A stretch of DNA of 63,971 bases, filler included, from Octopus bimaculoides (lineage: Eukaryota): assembly GCF_001194135.2 (NCBI RefSeq). It is 3 parts of 3 records of this genome, joined end to end, with 100 filler letters (N's around TTAATTAATTAA, not from the genome) between each part and the next. Parts side by side here need not be neighbours in the genome. Positions count along the whole stretch, not along the records: positions 1 to 31,912 come from NC_068989.1; 2 more parts are not named here. One strand, 5' to 3'. A model generated the notes under the pieces. That model searched no databases. It saw only the letters and a program-made list of their open reading frames with translations, and was not told the origin of the DNA. Position 1 is the stretch's first letter. Each line of letters starts with the position of its first letter. The translations under genes were made by a program, and so were the position numbers. Of the stretch, positions 11,670 to 24,815 are shown one piece after another.

Positions 11670-12060
11670 CTTTTACTGGCTTCAGTCATTTGACTTCGGC
11701 CATGCTGGAGCACCGCCTTTAGTTGAGAAAATCGACCCCAGGACTTATTCTTTAGATGCCTAGTACTTATATCGGTCTCTTTTGCCGAACCGCTAAGTTA
11801 CGGGGACGTGAACACACCACCATCGGTTGTCAAGCTATGTTGGGAGGACAAGCACAGACACACAAACATACATATATATATATATATATACATATATGAC
11901 AGGCTTCTTTCAGTTTCCGTCTACCAAATCCACTCACAAGGCTTTGGTTGGCCCGAGGCTATAGTAGAAGACACTTGCCCAAGATGCCACACAGTGGGAC
12001 TGAACCCACAATCATGTGGTTGGTAAGCAAGCTACTTACCACACAGCCACTCCTGCACCT
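11670..12060 (-). mobile_element. CORE-type SINE family B, near full length
   Basis: Reverse complement: gtgtggtaagtagcttgcttaccaaccacatg...ggttcagtcccactgtgtggcatcttgggcaagtgtcttctactatagcctcgggcc, with a tail ending ccagcatggccg..gtcaaatgactgaa. Related copies lie at about 13450-13770(-), 15030-15255(-), 20605-20750(-) and 25935-26095(+). Confidence 0.85.
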
Positions 12061-13132
12061 ATATGATATTTTAAATTTGACATGAGTGGCATAATATTTT
12101 TACACCATACCATATCTCTAAGAAAGCCCATAGGAAAGAGATTAAAAAACGACTGACTGGTGGATCAGGAGGGACTTGCTTAATATACCACCTGCAGAAC
12201 ATGTGGGAACCAACATGTTAAGGGGTAGGTGTGGTACTTCTGTGGGTTGGTTAGAATGAAGAGAGAAATGGTAGAAGTGCCAAAAGTAAAATATAGACAT
12301 GAGGATGGAGGGGGATGGGAGGGAGGTCACTCCATCTGCTTGACATAGCAGCTACAGTCTATCGAAGCATAACCATTACTGTCTTAAAGAAGGACTGTTA
12401 CATTGTTTAATATAGTCCTAGATACATTATGCACACGCTCATACACTCACACATACACGTACAAATGCATACACATCGACCAAAATCTTCACACTCGCGC
12501 ACACATAGTCTCACAGAAAATATTACTCCAACACACACAAACACACACACACATACACTCTCATGTGTGCACACATACACACATGCTCATTCTCATGTAC
12601 ACACACAAATACAAGCACATCCATCATATACACACATATCCAAACTTTTTTTAAGCTTCAAAATGCCTTCTCTTGCCATTTCCTCAGATTTAAACTCTAG
12701 AGACAAGATGACCCCCCCCCCCATCTCACTTCTGCTACCCAGTAACCNNNNNNNNNNTCTAGAGACAAGATGACCCCCCCCCCCATCTCACTTCTGCTAC
12801 CCAGTAACCTTCCTCCTCCTCCTCTGCCAATATCTTCACGGATGCACGCATACAGTTTCTTGACTGAATCAGTGAGAGAACCTCTACATGGTCATTCAAT
12901 GTGCTAGAAATAGCTACCAAATCTCCCTCAAATCGCACATTTACCATCTTAAAACAAGAACACATTGAGCAATGTAATTAGTGATATACCATATAGATGG
13001 CTTCGTTATGCCTGGAACGTCAACTGATTGTAAGTTTGCTCAGGCATAACTAACCTGAAGCTAAGCAACAACAACATCAGCCTGGTAAAAAGATTTTATT
13101 CAATATACCATAACTAAAAAGGTGGTATGCTG

Positions 13133-13410
13133 GCAGTTGTGTACTGGGGGTCGATCTAATTGAATGGCTCCCCTCCCTAAAAATTTCGGGCGTTGTACCT
13201 AGAGTAGAAAAGAACATTGTCTCTGAAAGGTGGTCAGCTGGCAGAAACGTTAGCAGGCCAGGCGAAATGCTTAGCGGTATTTCGTCTGTCTTTACGTTCT
13301 GAGTTCAAATTCCACCAAGGTCAACTTTGCCTTTCATCCATTTGGGGGCTGATAAATTAAGTACCAGTTGCGTACTGGAGTCGATCTAATCGACTAGTCC
13401 TCTCCCCCAA
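13133..13410 (+). mobile_element. SINE family A (3' fragment followed by a full copy)
   Basis: Same head, core and tail motifs as 870-1078. Confidence 0.85.
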
Positions 13411-14221
13411 AATAACTAATGACCAAGATTTTTTAATTAACATCTCTTATCTTTTACTTGTTACAGTCATTTGACTGTGGCCATGCTGGAGCAGCACCTT
13501 GAAGGGGCTTTAGTAGAACAAATCAACCCCAGGGTTTATCTTTTTTTCAAAGTCTGGTACTTATTCTATTGGTCTCTTTTGCCAAACCGCATAGCTGCAG
13601 GGACATAAACAAACCCTCACTGGTTGACAAGCAACGGTCGGGAGACGAACACAAACACACGCATATATGATGGGCTTCCAAACAGTTCACAAGGTATTAG
13701 TAAAACTGGGGCTATTGCAGAAGGTACCACACTGGGGAAAAGGACCAGAAACCCCATGCTTACAAAGCGAACTTCCTAACTGCGCTTATTTTTCTAATTA
13801 CTGAATCTTAATTACTGTGTAATTACAGCGTGACGCACAACTGACATCNNNNNNNNNNNNNNNNNNNNNNNNNNNNNNNNNNNNNNNNNNNNNNNNNNNN
13901 NNNNNNNNNNNNNNNNNNNNNNNNNNNNNNNNNNNNNNNNNNNNNNNNNNNNNNNNNNNNNNNNNNNNNNNNNNNNNNNNNNNNNNNNNNNNNNNNNNNN
14001 NNNNNNNNNNNNNNNNNNNNNNNNNNNNNNNNNNNNNNNNNNNNNNNNNNNNNNNNNNNNNNNNNNNNNNNNNNNNNNNNNNNNNNNNNNNNNNNNNNNN
14101 NNNNNNNNNNNNTTTTCAGTTAAACACTGGGGCTGATTTGACTTAGGCCCTCTCCCCAAATTGCTAGCCTAGGGTCAAAATTTGAAGTCATTATTATTAA
14201 TATTATTATTATTATTATTCT

Positions 14222-14548
14222 AAGGTGGCGAGCTGGCAGAAACGTTAGCATGCCAGGCAAAATGCTTAGCGGTATTTCATCTGTCTTTACGTTCTGAGTT
14301 CAAATTCCACCAAGGTGAACTTTGCCTTTCATTCTTTCGGGGTCGATAAATTAAGTACCAGTTGTGTACTGGGGTCGATCTAATCGACTGGACCTCCCCA
14401 CAAAAATTTTGGGCCTTGTGCCTAGAGTAGAAAAGAATATGGTGCAAATTTGAAAGGTGACGAGGTACCAGTTACACACTGGGGGTCGATGTAATCAACT
14501 TAACCCCTCCCCACAAATTTCAGGCTTTGTGCCTTTATTAGAAAGGAT
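14222..14548 (+). mobile_element. SINE family A (full copy plus duplicated 3' part)
   Basis: Same motifs; the tail unit gtaccagtt..actgggggtcgat...ggctttgtgcct is repeated. Confidence 0.85.
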
Positions 14549-14913
14549 TATTATTATTATTTTTGTTGTTGTTGTCTTTGCACAGCTACTAATGCTGGAG
14601 ATGTACTACGATGTCAGCCATTCACTATCGGTGAACTAAGGTAACACCTCTTATTTTTCGAGCACCTTCCGGAGTTTTCGAGCGGTTCCAAGCAGTGCTG
14701 TTTTCTGCAGGTGCTCCACCCTTATTGCAGCCCCTATTTGTTCCACGTACTTCTTGAGATTTTTGCTCACTGTTCCCAGGGCTCCGACAATTATTGGTAC
14801 AACTACTACCTTTTACATCGACCACAACTGCTTAACTTCCCAAGCTAACCTGTCATATCTCTCAACTTTTCTTTCTTCTTTATTGCATACCTTGTTGTCA
14901 GCTGGGCATGCTA

Positions 14914-14944
<31 letters not shown>

Positions 14945-16392
14945 ATTAAGGCAGTCAGCTGGTAGAATCGTTAGCATGCTGGACAGAATGCTTGGCAGTA
15001 TTCCTTCCAGCTCTTTAGAGTTTATGTCCCCACTAAGTTATGGGGACATAAACACACCAACATCAGTTGTCAAGTGATGGTGGGGGGTAAAGAGACACAC
15101 ACACACACACACACATATATATATTATATACGACGGGCTTCTTTCAGTTTCCGTCAACCAAATCCACTCACAAGGCTTTGGTCAGCCTAAGGCTTTAGTA
15201 GAAGACACTTGCCCAAGGTGCCACACAGTGGGACTGAACCTGGAACCATGTGGTTTGTTTCAAATATTGTTGTTTTGTTAATTGCAGCTTTTGTTTGCTT
15301 TTTGTTATTTTTTGTTGTTATTTATGTTGTTATTTCTTTGTATATAAAATTTGATTATAATTTTACGTTTACTGTTTATAATTGAAGGCAGATTCTAATT
15401 AATTTCACCTGTATATAAAGAAGAAAGAAACAAAAGAGGAGGAGGAGGAGAAGAGAGGGAAAGAGAAAGCGGGAAGGAGGTTGTGGCAGGTGTTGTAGTT
15501 GTCACCGACTGAAGACATTGTTACCATCATAATTAACTAATGTGATAGAATGTCTTAATTACATGTAATGTGTATGCATGTGCGTGTATATATATATATA
15601 CACACACACATCAAAGTAACATTTTTTAAAAAATGGCTACTTCNNNNNNNNNNNNNNNNNNNNNNNNNNNNNNNNNNNNNNNNNNNNNNNNNNNNNNNNN
15701 NNNNNNNNNNNNNNNNNNNNNNNNNNNNNNNNNNNNNNNNNNNNNNNNNNNNNNNNNNNNNNNNNNNNNNNNNNNNNNNNNNNNNNNNNNNNNNNNNNNN
15801 NNNNNNNNNNNNNNNNNNNNNNNNNNNNNNNNNNNNNNNNNNNNNNNNNNNNNNNNNNNNNNNNNNNNNNNNNNNNNNNNNNNNNNNNNNNNNNNNNNNN
15901 NNNNNNNNNNNNNNNNNNNNNNNNNNNNNNNNNNNNNNNNNNNNNNNNNNNNNNNNNNNNNNNNNNNNNNNNNNNNNNNNNNNNNNNNNNNNNNNNNNNN
16001 NNNNNNNNNNNNNNNNNNNNNNNNNNNNNNNNNNNNNNNNNNNNNNNNNNNNNNNNNNNNNNNNNNNNNNNNNNNNNNNNNNNNNNNNNNNNNNNNNNNN
16101 NNNNNNNNNNNNNNNNNNNNNNNNNNNNNNNNNNNNNNNNNNNNNNNNNNNNNNNNNNNNNNNNNNNNNNNNNNNNNNNNNNNNNNNNNNNNNNNNNNNN
16201 NNNNNNNNNNNNNNNNNNNNNNNNNNNNNNNNNNNNNNNNNNNNNNNNNNNNNNNNNNNNNNNNNNNNNNNNNNNNNNNNNNNNNNNNNNNNNNNNNNNN
16301 NNNNNNNNNNNNNNNNNNNNNNNNNNNNNNNNNNNNNNNNNNNNNNNNNNNNNNNNNNNNNNNNNNNNNNNNNNNNNNNNNNNNNNNNNNNN

Positions 16393-16433
<41 letters not shown>

Positions 16434-17008
16434 TCAAAGTAACATTTTTTAAAAAATGGCTACTTCCTACGGCTAACTAAAACTATTGTAATGGAAAGCG
16501 TTTCAATGTATTTTTCTCTCTTTATGTGTTAAGTGATATCAGACATCGTGCCCTGCGTCCACCTAGTGGTCATTCTGCCCAGTTCACCAATATGACATTG
16601 ATCTGTTTATACAGCATAGTTGGCGACTAACCAACAGTAAATAATAATAATAATAATGATTATAAAAAAATTAACCTATCCAGCTAAAAGTTAACTTGTA
16701 ACCCAACAACTTGTAAATAGCTATAAATATGAAATATATATATATATATATATACAATAATAATTATAATAATGATAATAATATTAACATTAAAAAATCA
16801 ATTAAAAATATATATATATTAAAAAAATAAAAACAATTTCTCTCAAATTTTTGTCTTGTTCTTTTCTTTTTTGAATCATAATTCTGTTAATTTCTTTCTG
16901 TGTTATGGCTGGAGTATTAATACGTTTTTTTTTTTATTTGCTTTACTGGGAGACATTTTATTAACAACATATTTTTACAGGAAAAAAAGAAATAAAAAAC
17001 ATTAAAAA

Positions 17009-17800
17009 TACAAGGTGGGCCCAGAATTCATGACTGTCGTGTTAATTATATGTACAAAGTTATGCGCAAAGATTCTCACGGTCTGTAGGTTGTGGGCTGG
17101 TTGGGTCAATGAATGACAATATGTTTCTTGGGCTGCAAAAAAGTAATTGAACAACACCTGTAAATATTTAACTGAAGAATTTATTGTTGCACATAAAGGG
17201 ACAAACTGTGTCCTTCTTTTACAGAAATCAACAGCAATAATGAGACTGGGAGTGAGAGATGCTGCTTGGCAAGCTATTGATACTACATCAACCTGTGTGC
17301 TCAACATAAGAGAAAACAGTCGTGTTATATATTCATGGTGATAGAGAATCCTGCCATCTATCATGTGTCTTAGTTACCTTCCTGGGTCACCTGGCTGATG
17401 AAAAAAAGTATGCTGAACAGATTATGTAGGGGAATGGAAGCTAAATTTTAAAATGTTTGAGAAAACCTGTCCACATCATCGCTTCATGTTGATTGGTTGG
17501 TTAATAGACCAATCATGCGAAACTAGGGTGGTTTGCTCATGAGGTCTGACCACATATCCAGGGATTTGGTTTTGAATCACTGCCACATAACCACCACAGA
17601 GTAAAGAATGGCACAGGTTTTTTTGTGGCTGATGAAATGAAGCTGACTACTTTCAACAAAAGAACAAAAAAAGTGGGCCTTGGTACATAAACCATGGACA
17701 TTTAAAAACTTCGAATTGTATTTGTCATTGAAGCCTACCATACGTAATTCATAGGGGATGGTTCATTGATCTTCATTTAGTCTGCCAACAGGTTTGGGAG
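17009..17800 (+). mobile_element. Heavily degraded Tc1/mariner-superfamily transposon (possibly rosa/DD41D-like)
   Basis: TA + caaggtgggcc TIR-like start at about 17009. Remnant peptides NNETGS (cf. KFxETGSV) and FF.ADE / QQKNKK..W (cf. FSDEAxF..NG.VNKQN..W) are spread over several frames with many stops. Confidence 0.4.
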
Positions 17801-18019
17801 GAAAGCATTCTGGTAGATGCAGGTGTGGTTGTGTGGTAAGAATTTAGCTTCCCAACCACATGGTTCTGGGTTCAGCCCCACAAATCAAAGATCAATGAAA
17901 TGATAAAATGTTTGCCATTTCCCTGTGGATGGCCAGTTTTTATTCAAAATTGATGGTGAGGAAAGGACCAATTCAACTCCTTAGTATTCTACACAACAGT
18001 GTGTAAGTGCCCTGAGAGA

Positions 18020-18650
18020 AAAGTTGGGCATAAGGAGCATCACATGTGGTGTGCAAGAGAGACTGCGCTGGTATGGTTATGCATTACATATTGATAAGGA
18101 CCACTGTGTGAGGAAGTGCCACTCCCTAACTGTGGAAGGAACCTGTAGAAGAGGTAGACCCCGAAAGACACAAGATGAGGTGGTGAAGCATGACTTTCAA
18201 GCATTGGGCCGCACAGAGGCAATAACAGGAGACCGAGACCTTTGGAGATATGTTGTGATTGAGAAAACCCAGCAACTAAAGTGAGATCGCATCCACGCAT
18301 GTCCAGCCTAATTAAGAATACCCCTGATGCGTTGTGCAATAGGAAATGCTTGAGAAGATCTGTTGAGTCAAGTAAAACCAATATCATAGCTGTGGCCAGT
18401 GCCCCCTGACTGGCTCTCGTGCTGGTGGCATGTAAAAAGCACCAACTAAACATGATTGATGCCAGGCCCTCATGCTGGTGGGACATAAAAGCACCCACTA
18501 CACTTTCGGAGTGGTTGGCATTAGGAAGGGCATCCAGCTGTAGAAACATTGCCAGATCAGATTGGGGTCTGGTGCAGCTCCTAGGTCTCCAGACCTCAGT
18601 CAAACCGTCCAACCCATGCCAGCATGGAAAACAAACGTTAGACGATGATA
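18020..18650 (+). mobile_element. RTE-clade LINE 3' fragment (ORF C-terminus plus 3' UTR)
   Basis: ORF 18024-18284 contains RLRWYG...GRPRKTQDEVVKHD...DRDLWR, the RTE C-terminal signature, followed by the family C tail ending gacgatgat. Confidence 0.85.
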
Positions 18651-21504
18651 ATGGTTGGACCAAGGCTATAGTAGAAGACACTTGCCCAAGGTATCACACA
18701 GCCATGCCTGTTCATATTCTGTGGCAGAGAAAGATAACAGACAGTCTTTATATGCTTTATTGTTCTATTTCAGGGATGGTCACGTTTTTTTGCCAAATAA
18801 ACAATTTTATTACTGTTCTTTTTTTAATGTCCTTTGTCTTAGATCCTTCACCACGCTTCCTGTTCTGTTTAATATTTATTCTCATTCTTTCAAAACAAAC
18901 AGGCATTATCTTATAGTTTTCAGAGTTCAATGATGTGATTATTTATTGTGAAAATAGGCTTGGTGTGAGAGGTGGGGTCAAGCTAGTTTGAACAGAAAAC
19001 TGATAGAATATTTGGTCCAGATCATCATCATCACTTAACGTCTGTTGTCCATGCTGGCATGGGTTGGACAGTTTGACTGGGCTGGCACACTGGAAGGCTG
19101 CCAGACTCCAATCTGATTTCCCATGGCTTTCTATGGCTGGATGCCCTTCCTAACATCAACTACTCCGAGAGTGTAATGAGTGCTATTATGTGCCATTTGT
19201 GTGATACCAGGGTGTGTTTACATGTCACCGGCATGGGTGCCAATTTGCGTGACACCAGTGTCTGACACAACTGCAATTTTGCTCAGCTTGATGGGTCTTT
19301 TTCTCAAGCACGACATAAGGTTAAAGGTCTTGGTCATTACTTCTATGACATCCAATACTTGAAAGAAACACCATCCACCTCGCCTCCATGAGACCCAACA
19401 CTCGAAAGGAACTCAGCTACCTTGCCTTCATCAGGCCCAACATCCAGCTGTAGAAACATGGCCAAATCAGATTGCCTGGTGCAGCCTTTTGACTAAGAAC
19501 AGAATTAGCATTCATATCAAACCACCACCACCACCACCACCACCACCAGTAAGAGCTTTTATCATGAGGTTTAAGCACTCATTACGCTGCCCTACTTTTC
19601 CCCTCAGATAAATACAAAAACTGCTTCATTCTATCCACAGCTTTCTTCCTCAGCTCACTTCAGAATTTCTAAAACTTCCATTGTTTTATCGAGGCCATGT
19701 TTTAAAGCAAACGCTTCAACAAAGAGAAGACACAAGAAAGACATTGCAATCGGAGAAGACAAGTGGTGAGTTTTAGATAGAATGTATTAATTAGAGACGG
19801 ATGGATGGATAACTTAGCAGTTCAGCAAAACAGACTGATAGCATAAGTACCAGGCTTAAGAAGTAATTCCTGGGGTCAATTTGTTCAACTAAAGGTGGTA
19901 CTCCAGCATGGCTGCAGTCAAATGACCAAAACAAATATAAGTATATATATATATTATGAACTCTCCCATTGTCAGACGATGTACAAGCACTCAGCAATTT
20001 CTTGCCTAACCACCACACGATTTGTTTATAGTGATCAAATGTTTGTGCCCACATAAGCTCACTCTCTCCATCAAATTCACATTACCTGGACAGGTGCACC
20101 ATAGGTCAGATGATGAAATGATCGCAGAAAAACGTGAAAGGAAGTGCTTTGCTCAAGAACACAACGCAATGCTCAGTCTGGGAATTGAACCTACAGTCTC
20201 GCAATCGTGAGTGCAACCACTAAGCCATGCACCTCCACCACGTAGAAAGCACCCACTACACTCACAGAGTGGTTGGTGTTAGGAAGGGCATCCAGCTGTA
20301 GAAACTCTGCCAGATCAGATTGGAGCCTGGTGCAGCCTTCTGGCTCGCCAGTCCTCAGTCAAACCGTCCAACCCATGCTAGCATGGAAAGCAGACATTAA
20401 ATGACGATGGTGGAAGGAAAAGACTCTGAAAATGAGTCATTTGAAAGAGTCTTTATTAACTTAACTGGTTTCATTTATTTAGAAAGATTTTCAAAAGTGT
20501 GACATTTTGTGTGTCCTCTGTGATGTCAAAAATTAGTTTACAAAAATATATTCCAATCAGGTGACAGACTCTTTGACAATGATAAGAAAAGGTTTGAGGC
20601 TTTTCCTGTCTATCAGATTTACTCACAAGGCTTTGGTTAAGGCAGGGCAACAGAAGAAAACACTTGCTTAAGGTGTCTTATAGTGGGACTGAACTCAAGA
20701 CCCTATGGTTGGGAAGAAAGCTTCTTACATGTGGGTGTAACCACACAGCTACAAATATACATATGAAAACACAAATTACCAACACTGCTTCATTTTAGAA
20801 TTTCTTTATTTTTCAAAATTAACATAAATGGGTTTAACAAAATTTATTTAAAAAATAAAACAAAAAAAAAACTGAAATTGGTTTATCCAATTTGATGAAA
20901 AAAAAAAAAGAAAAACCATGTCATTCTTCAAAATATTTATAAAGAATTATACAAAAAGATTTGTTCAAAGATTTTATCATTGCAACACAATGAATTATGT
21001 TGTGTTGGGAGGGTCATTATGCCAATAATAAACACACACTGGTGCAATATCACTTCTTTACTGTTAATTGATTATCTAATCAACTAACTAATCAATTGGT
21101 TGTTTGTGTTGGTTAAACAATCAATCAGTTGTTTGTTCAAAGTTCTTTCGCCATTGTTCACAAGCTTTTCACTTCCCCTTCTCTCTCCAAGGTCTGAACG
21201 AAAATTGGTCTTATGCTTGTATGAGTGGAGATATAAAGGCAGCTGACTCTCCCAAGACAACAAAATTTGTTTCAACACTCAAATTCACATCAAGAATCTT
21301 ACAAACCAAATACAAGGAATGTTTACAAGTTAGTCCAGTATCTGTCCATGTTCTTGTATGTCTCACACCGACATTGAAGATTTATTAGGATTATCATAAA
21401 TCAACCTCAGATTAGGTGGATTAATGATGCAGTAACGTTAATAATTATATCTAATTTTGGCACAAAGCCAGCAATTTTTTGAGGAGAGAGGAAAGCCGAT
21501 TACA

Positions 21505-21715
21505 TTAAGATGGCAGCAGAGTCAATGCATCAAACTGTTTAATGACATTTTTTCTGGTTCCTTAGATTTGGAGTTCAAATCACACCAAGATCAACTCTGC
21601 CCTCCATCCTTTTGTGATTGATGAAATAAAGTACCAGTCAAGTATTGGAATCAATCTAATCGACTATCCTACTCCTGCTGGCCTTGTGCCAAAATTTGAA
21701 ACCATTATTGTTATT
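21505..21715 (+). mobile_element. SINE family A, decayed copy
   Basis: gagttcaaat..caccaagatcaactctgccctccatccttt...aagtaccagt...ggccttgtgccaaaatttgaaacc. Confidence 0.7.
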
Positions 21716-22514
21716 ATTATTATTATTATTATTGAGTGAGCAAGCAGCATATGCCATCAAAGTGACACTGGGGTATAAATATATGAAGCCCAGTATACCC
21801 ATCATGACTACCCGTCTGATAAGGGTACACCAGGCACATGCATCACAACCATATGTGCGCGACATGGTGATCTCATATCAAGATAAACAGCGCATGAACT
21901 TGCAGGTGGGACCCAGTTAGAATTTTCTTTAGGTCAAGTAGCCCATCCCGCTCAGAAGATCCCTGAATAAGGTTTGTTTAAGGATGTTGAACAAAACACC
22001 CATGTTTCCAGAAGTGAATTATCCAAACCCTAAAGAATTCCTCTTAACACATGGCTATGATGCTTTCCCCACTACTTCTGCTCATAATCAGAGATACACA
22101 TATCGTCAGCCACCAAGGGATATGCTCAACTGGTTAAGGTCAAACAACTGACAAGCAAATCTGTGGTATTGAGCAGAATATTTGCTGTAGCCCATCTTTT
22201 ATAACAAAACAATGAACATGATAACACTTCCAATTAGTTAAGATCAGAAGCCATGAGAGCCACTGCCTGGTACTATTTTTATTATTATCATTATTATTAT
22301 AATTAGTTTATATAAAGGACTGAAGTGACTCAGCAGAAGTGTAATAGATAGAGAGAAAAGTTCTTTACTTTTGTATACGATTGACACAATCCATCACCAA
22401 GGTAAACATAGCTGATGTAATCCATCACCAAGGCCAACTTAATGACAAAAAGCGCAACCCGAAAGTAACTTATTTATTTAAAGAACTTTTCTCTCTATCT
22501 ATTATTATTATTAA

Positions 22515-22935
22515 GGTGGTGAGCTGGTACAATCGTTAGCATATGCTGGACAAAATACCTCATGGCATTTTGTCTGTCTCTCTCCATCTTCTGAGTTCAA
22601 ATCACGCCAAGGTTGACTATGCCTTTCATCCTTTCGGGACCAATGAAATAAATACCAGTTGCAAACTGGGGGTTGATGGAGTCAACTTACTACCCACCCA
22701 AAACTGCTGGCCCTGGGCCAAAATTTGAAATTATTATTATTATTATTGTTGTGGTGAACTGGCACCACCATCGGTATGCCAGGCAATATGTTTAGTCTCT
22801 ACATTCTGAGTTCAAATTCGACTGAGGTTAGTTATGCCTTTCATCTTTTCAGGGGTGGGGGTCAATAAAATGAGCACCAGTCACAAACTATCCCTCTGCC
22901 CCAGAATTTCTGACCTTGTGCCCAGAGTAGAAAGA
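22515..22935 (+). mobile_element. Two tandem SINE family A copies
   Basis: Two heads and cores separated by an (ATT)n tail. Confidence 0.8.
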
Positions 22936-23599
22936 TGGTTATTGTAGTTCCTTTCGAGTGTTGGGTCTCACAGAGAGGCAATGGCCGAGACCTTTGGCAT
23001 TATGTCGTGCTTGAGAAGAAGATCCATCAAGCCGAGCAAAATTGCAGTCGTGGCAGATACTTGAGTCACACAAATGGCACCCATGCTGGTGGCACGTAAA
23101 AGCCATCATTACACTCTCGGAGTGGTTGGCATTAGGAAGGGCATCCAGCCATAGAAAACCATACCAAATCAGACTGGAGTCTGGTGAAGCCTTCCAGCTT
23201 ACCAGCCCTGGTCAAATCGTCCAACCCATGCCAGCATGGACAACTGATGTTAAATGATGATTGTTGTTGCTTGTCTACCGACACCTGCTCAGGGTGTATC
23301 AAGGATGACATCTAGTATATAGCAAGGGGTAGACAATATGGCACCATTTTGGTACTTGTTAAGTCAGAAGCCCTCCCTATGAGTGAGCTACATAAATGTT
23401 CATCAACTGGGGTCACCCTGGAAGGAAGGTCACTCGCTCAATTATCTCACATTGCTAGGGCTAGATGTGATGGCACCACAATCAACAACAATGATACAAC
23501 CAATGGAAAACAACTCCACCAAATCAAACAAGGTTTGCTGACATGGTCAGTGCTAAAAACGAAATGTTTCTGTTGGCCCCCAATGAGAAAATAAAGGAA

Positions 23600-24300
23600 C
23601 TCACCCAAGATATACAAATCAGTAAAATTGAATGGGGTAGGGCAGCAGAACTTAGGCCTCCTAAAATGATGGAAACAAAAAACAGTATATTTTAAAGGTG
23701 TCTCGCATAAGTGCAGGTAAGCGAAAATAGCCTCAATCTGTCAAGTGGAGGGGGCTCTGAAGGATATTTTAGAAGGCGTGGCCCACATGCAAAGAGGCAG
23801 ACAGTATGACAGTATCGAGGTCCTCTTCAAAAATGAGGACCTTGCACAAAAACTCTTAGTGGAGTGAGGAGTGGGTCCTGTACCCAGCCGACCTTTCAAA
23901 AACAACAGCCAGGATAAGAATATCGGGTGTTCTGCCCTGGCGTGAACATCTAGTGGATTGTCACCTCCTGGAGGTGAAACAGAACAGTAGGGAGAACTGG
24001 TCCAGGTTAATTATAGAAATCTTGCTTCTTGTGAAACCAGAAAACTCCAACACTATTGCAACCCCACATTGTCCCCCAAAAAGAAAACACACAACAGACA
24101 ACAACAGAAACTCCCAATTTCAGGTTGTTGAGGAGAGCCAACAAAAATTCAACTGCTGTCATAGCCAAAAGTAAGGAAATGGAGAGAGGTGGGGCAATAT
24201 ACAACACCAGCAGCCCTAGGGTTCCGGAATGTTTAATGTTGGTACAAATGCCAGTAAAGACTTACATAAACGTTAGGGAAGCTTTCCCCAATGACATGGG
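23600..24300 (+). mobile_element. Possible degraded non-LTR retrotransposon ORF1-like sequence
   Basis: Coding-like remnants TVYFKG...YDSIEVLFKNEDLAQKLL and LYPADLSKTTARIRISGV with stops and frameshifts; resemblance judged by eye only. Confidence 0.3.
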
Positions 24301-24815
24301 AAACAGTAATGTTAGGCCCAAATGGGAATTAAGTCCAGCTCCACCTGAAAAGGGGAGAATCTCAAGAATCAAATAAGTCTCCAAAACTGACATGCCATGA
24401 CAGCAAAGGAAGTCATAGACACTGGCTCAATAGCCATCATCAGCATGACAATTGTCTGATCATATCTCTAGTAAGCAAAAGACTTATATATATATATATA
24501 TATATATATAGATATAGGAATCTTGCAGGCGTGAAGTGGATTTGATCCACTATACCCAAATTTGAATTAACACTGTGTCAGATCTTTCCCCACGGTGGAA
24601 CAACGGTTTTGATCTGTCAGCAGTTAGATATGTCCCAGACGCCTTTAGATCGGCCGAAGCGGTGTCTCCACCACTTGACCCTTTCTGACCTCTTCTACTC
24701 CATCAAATCTAGAATAGAGATAAACAAGACCGCCAGCTAAATCCTTTGCACTCACTAACCTTCTAGATAGCTATACAAACAGGAGACCCCAAATGTTCAG
24801 TGGTCACTTGGTGCC

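Noticed and set aside
15555-16452. Long ORFs spanning N gaps (also 13.8, 45.2, 53.3, 55.5, 56.9, 59.7 and 61.8-63.1 kb)
   Set aside because: They are open only because N codons contain no stops; their flanks are microsatellites.
18040-18916. 213-aa and 165-aa ORFs
   Set aside because: They run through the RTE 3' UTR and SINE tails; these repeats commonly give spurious open frames.
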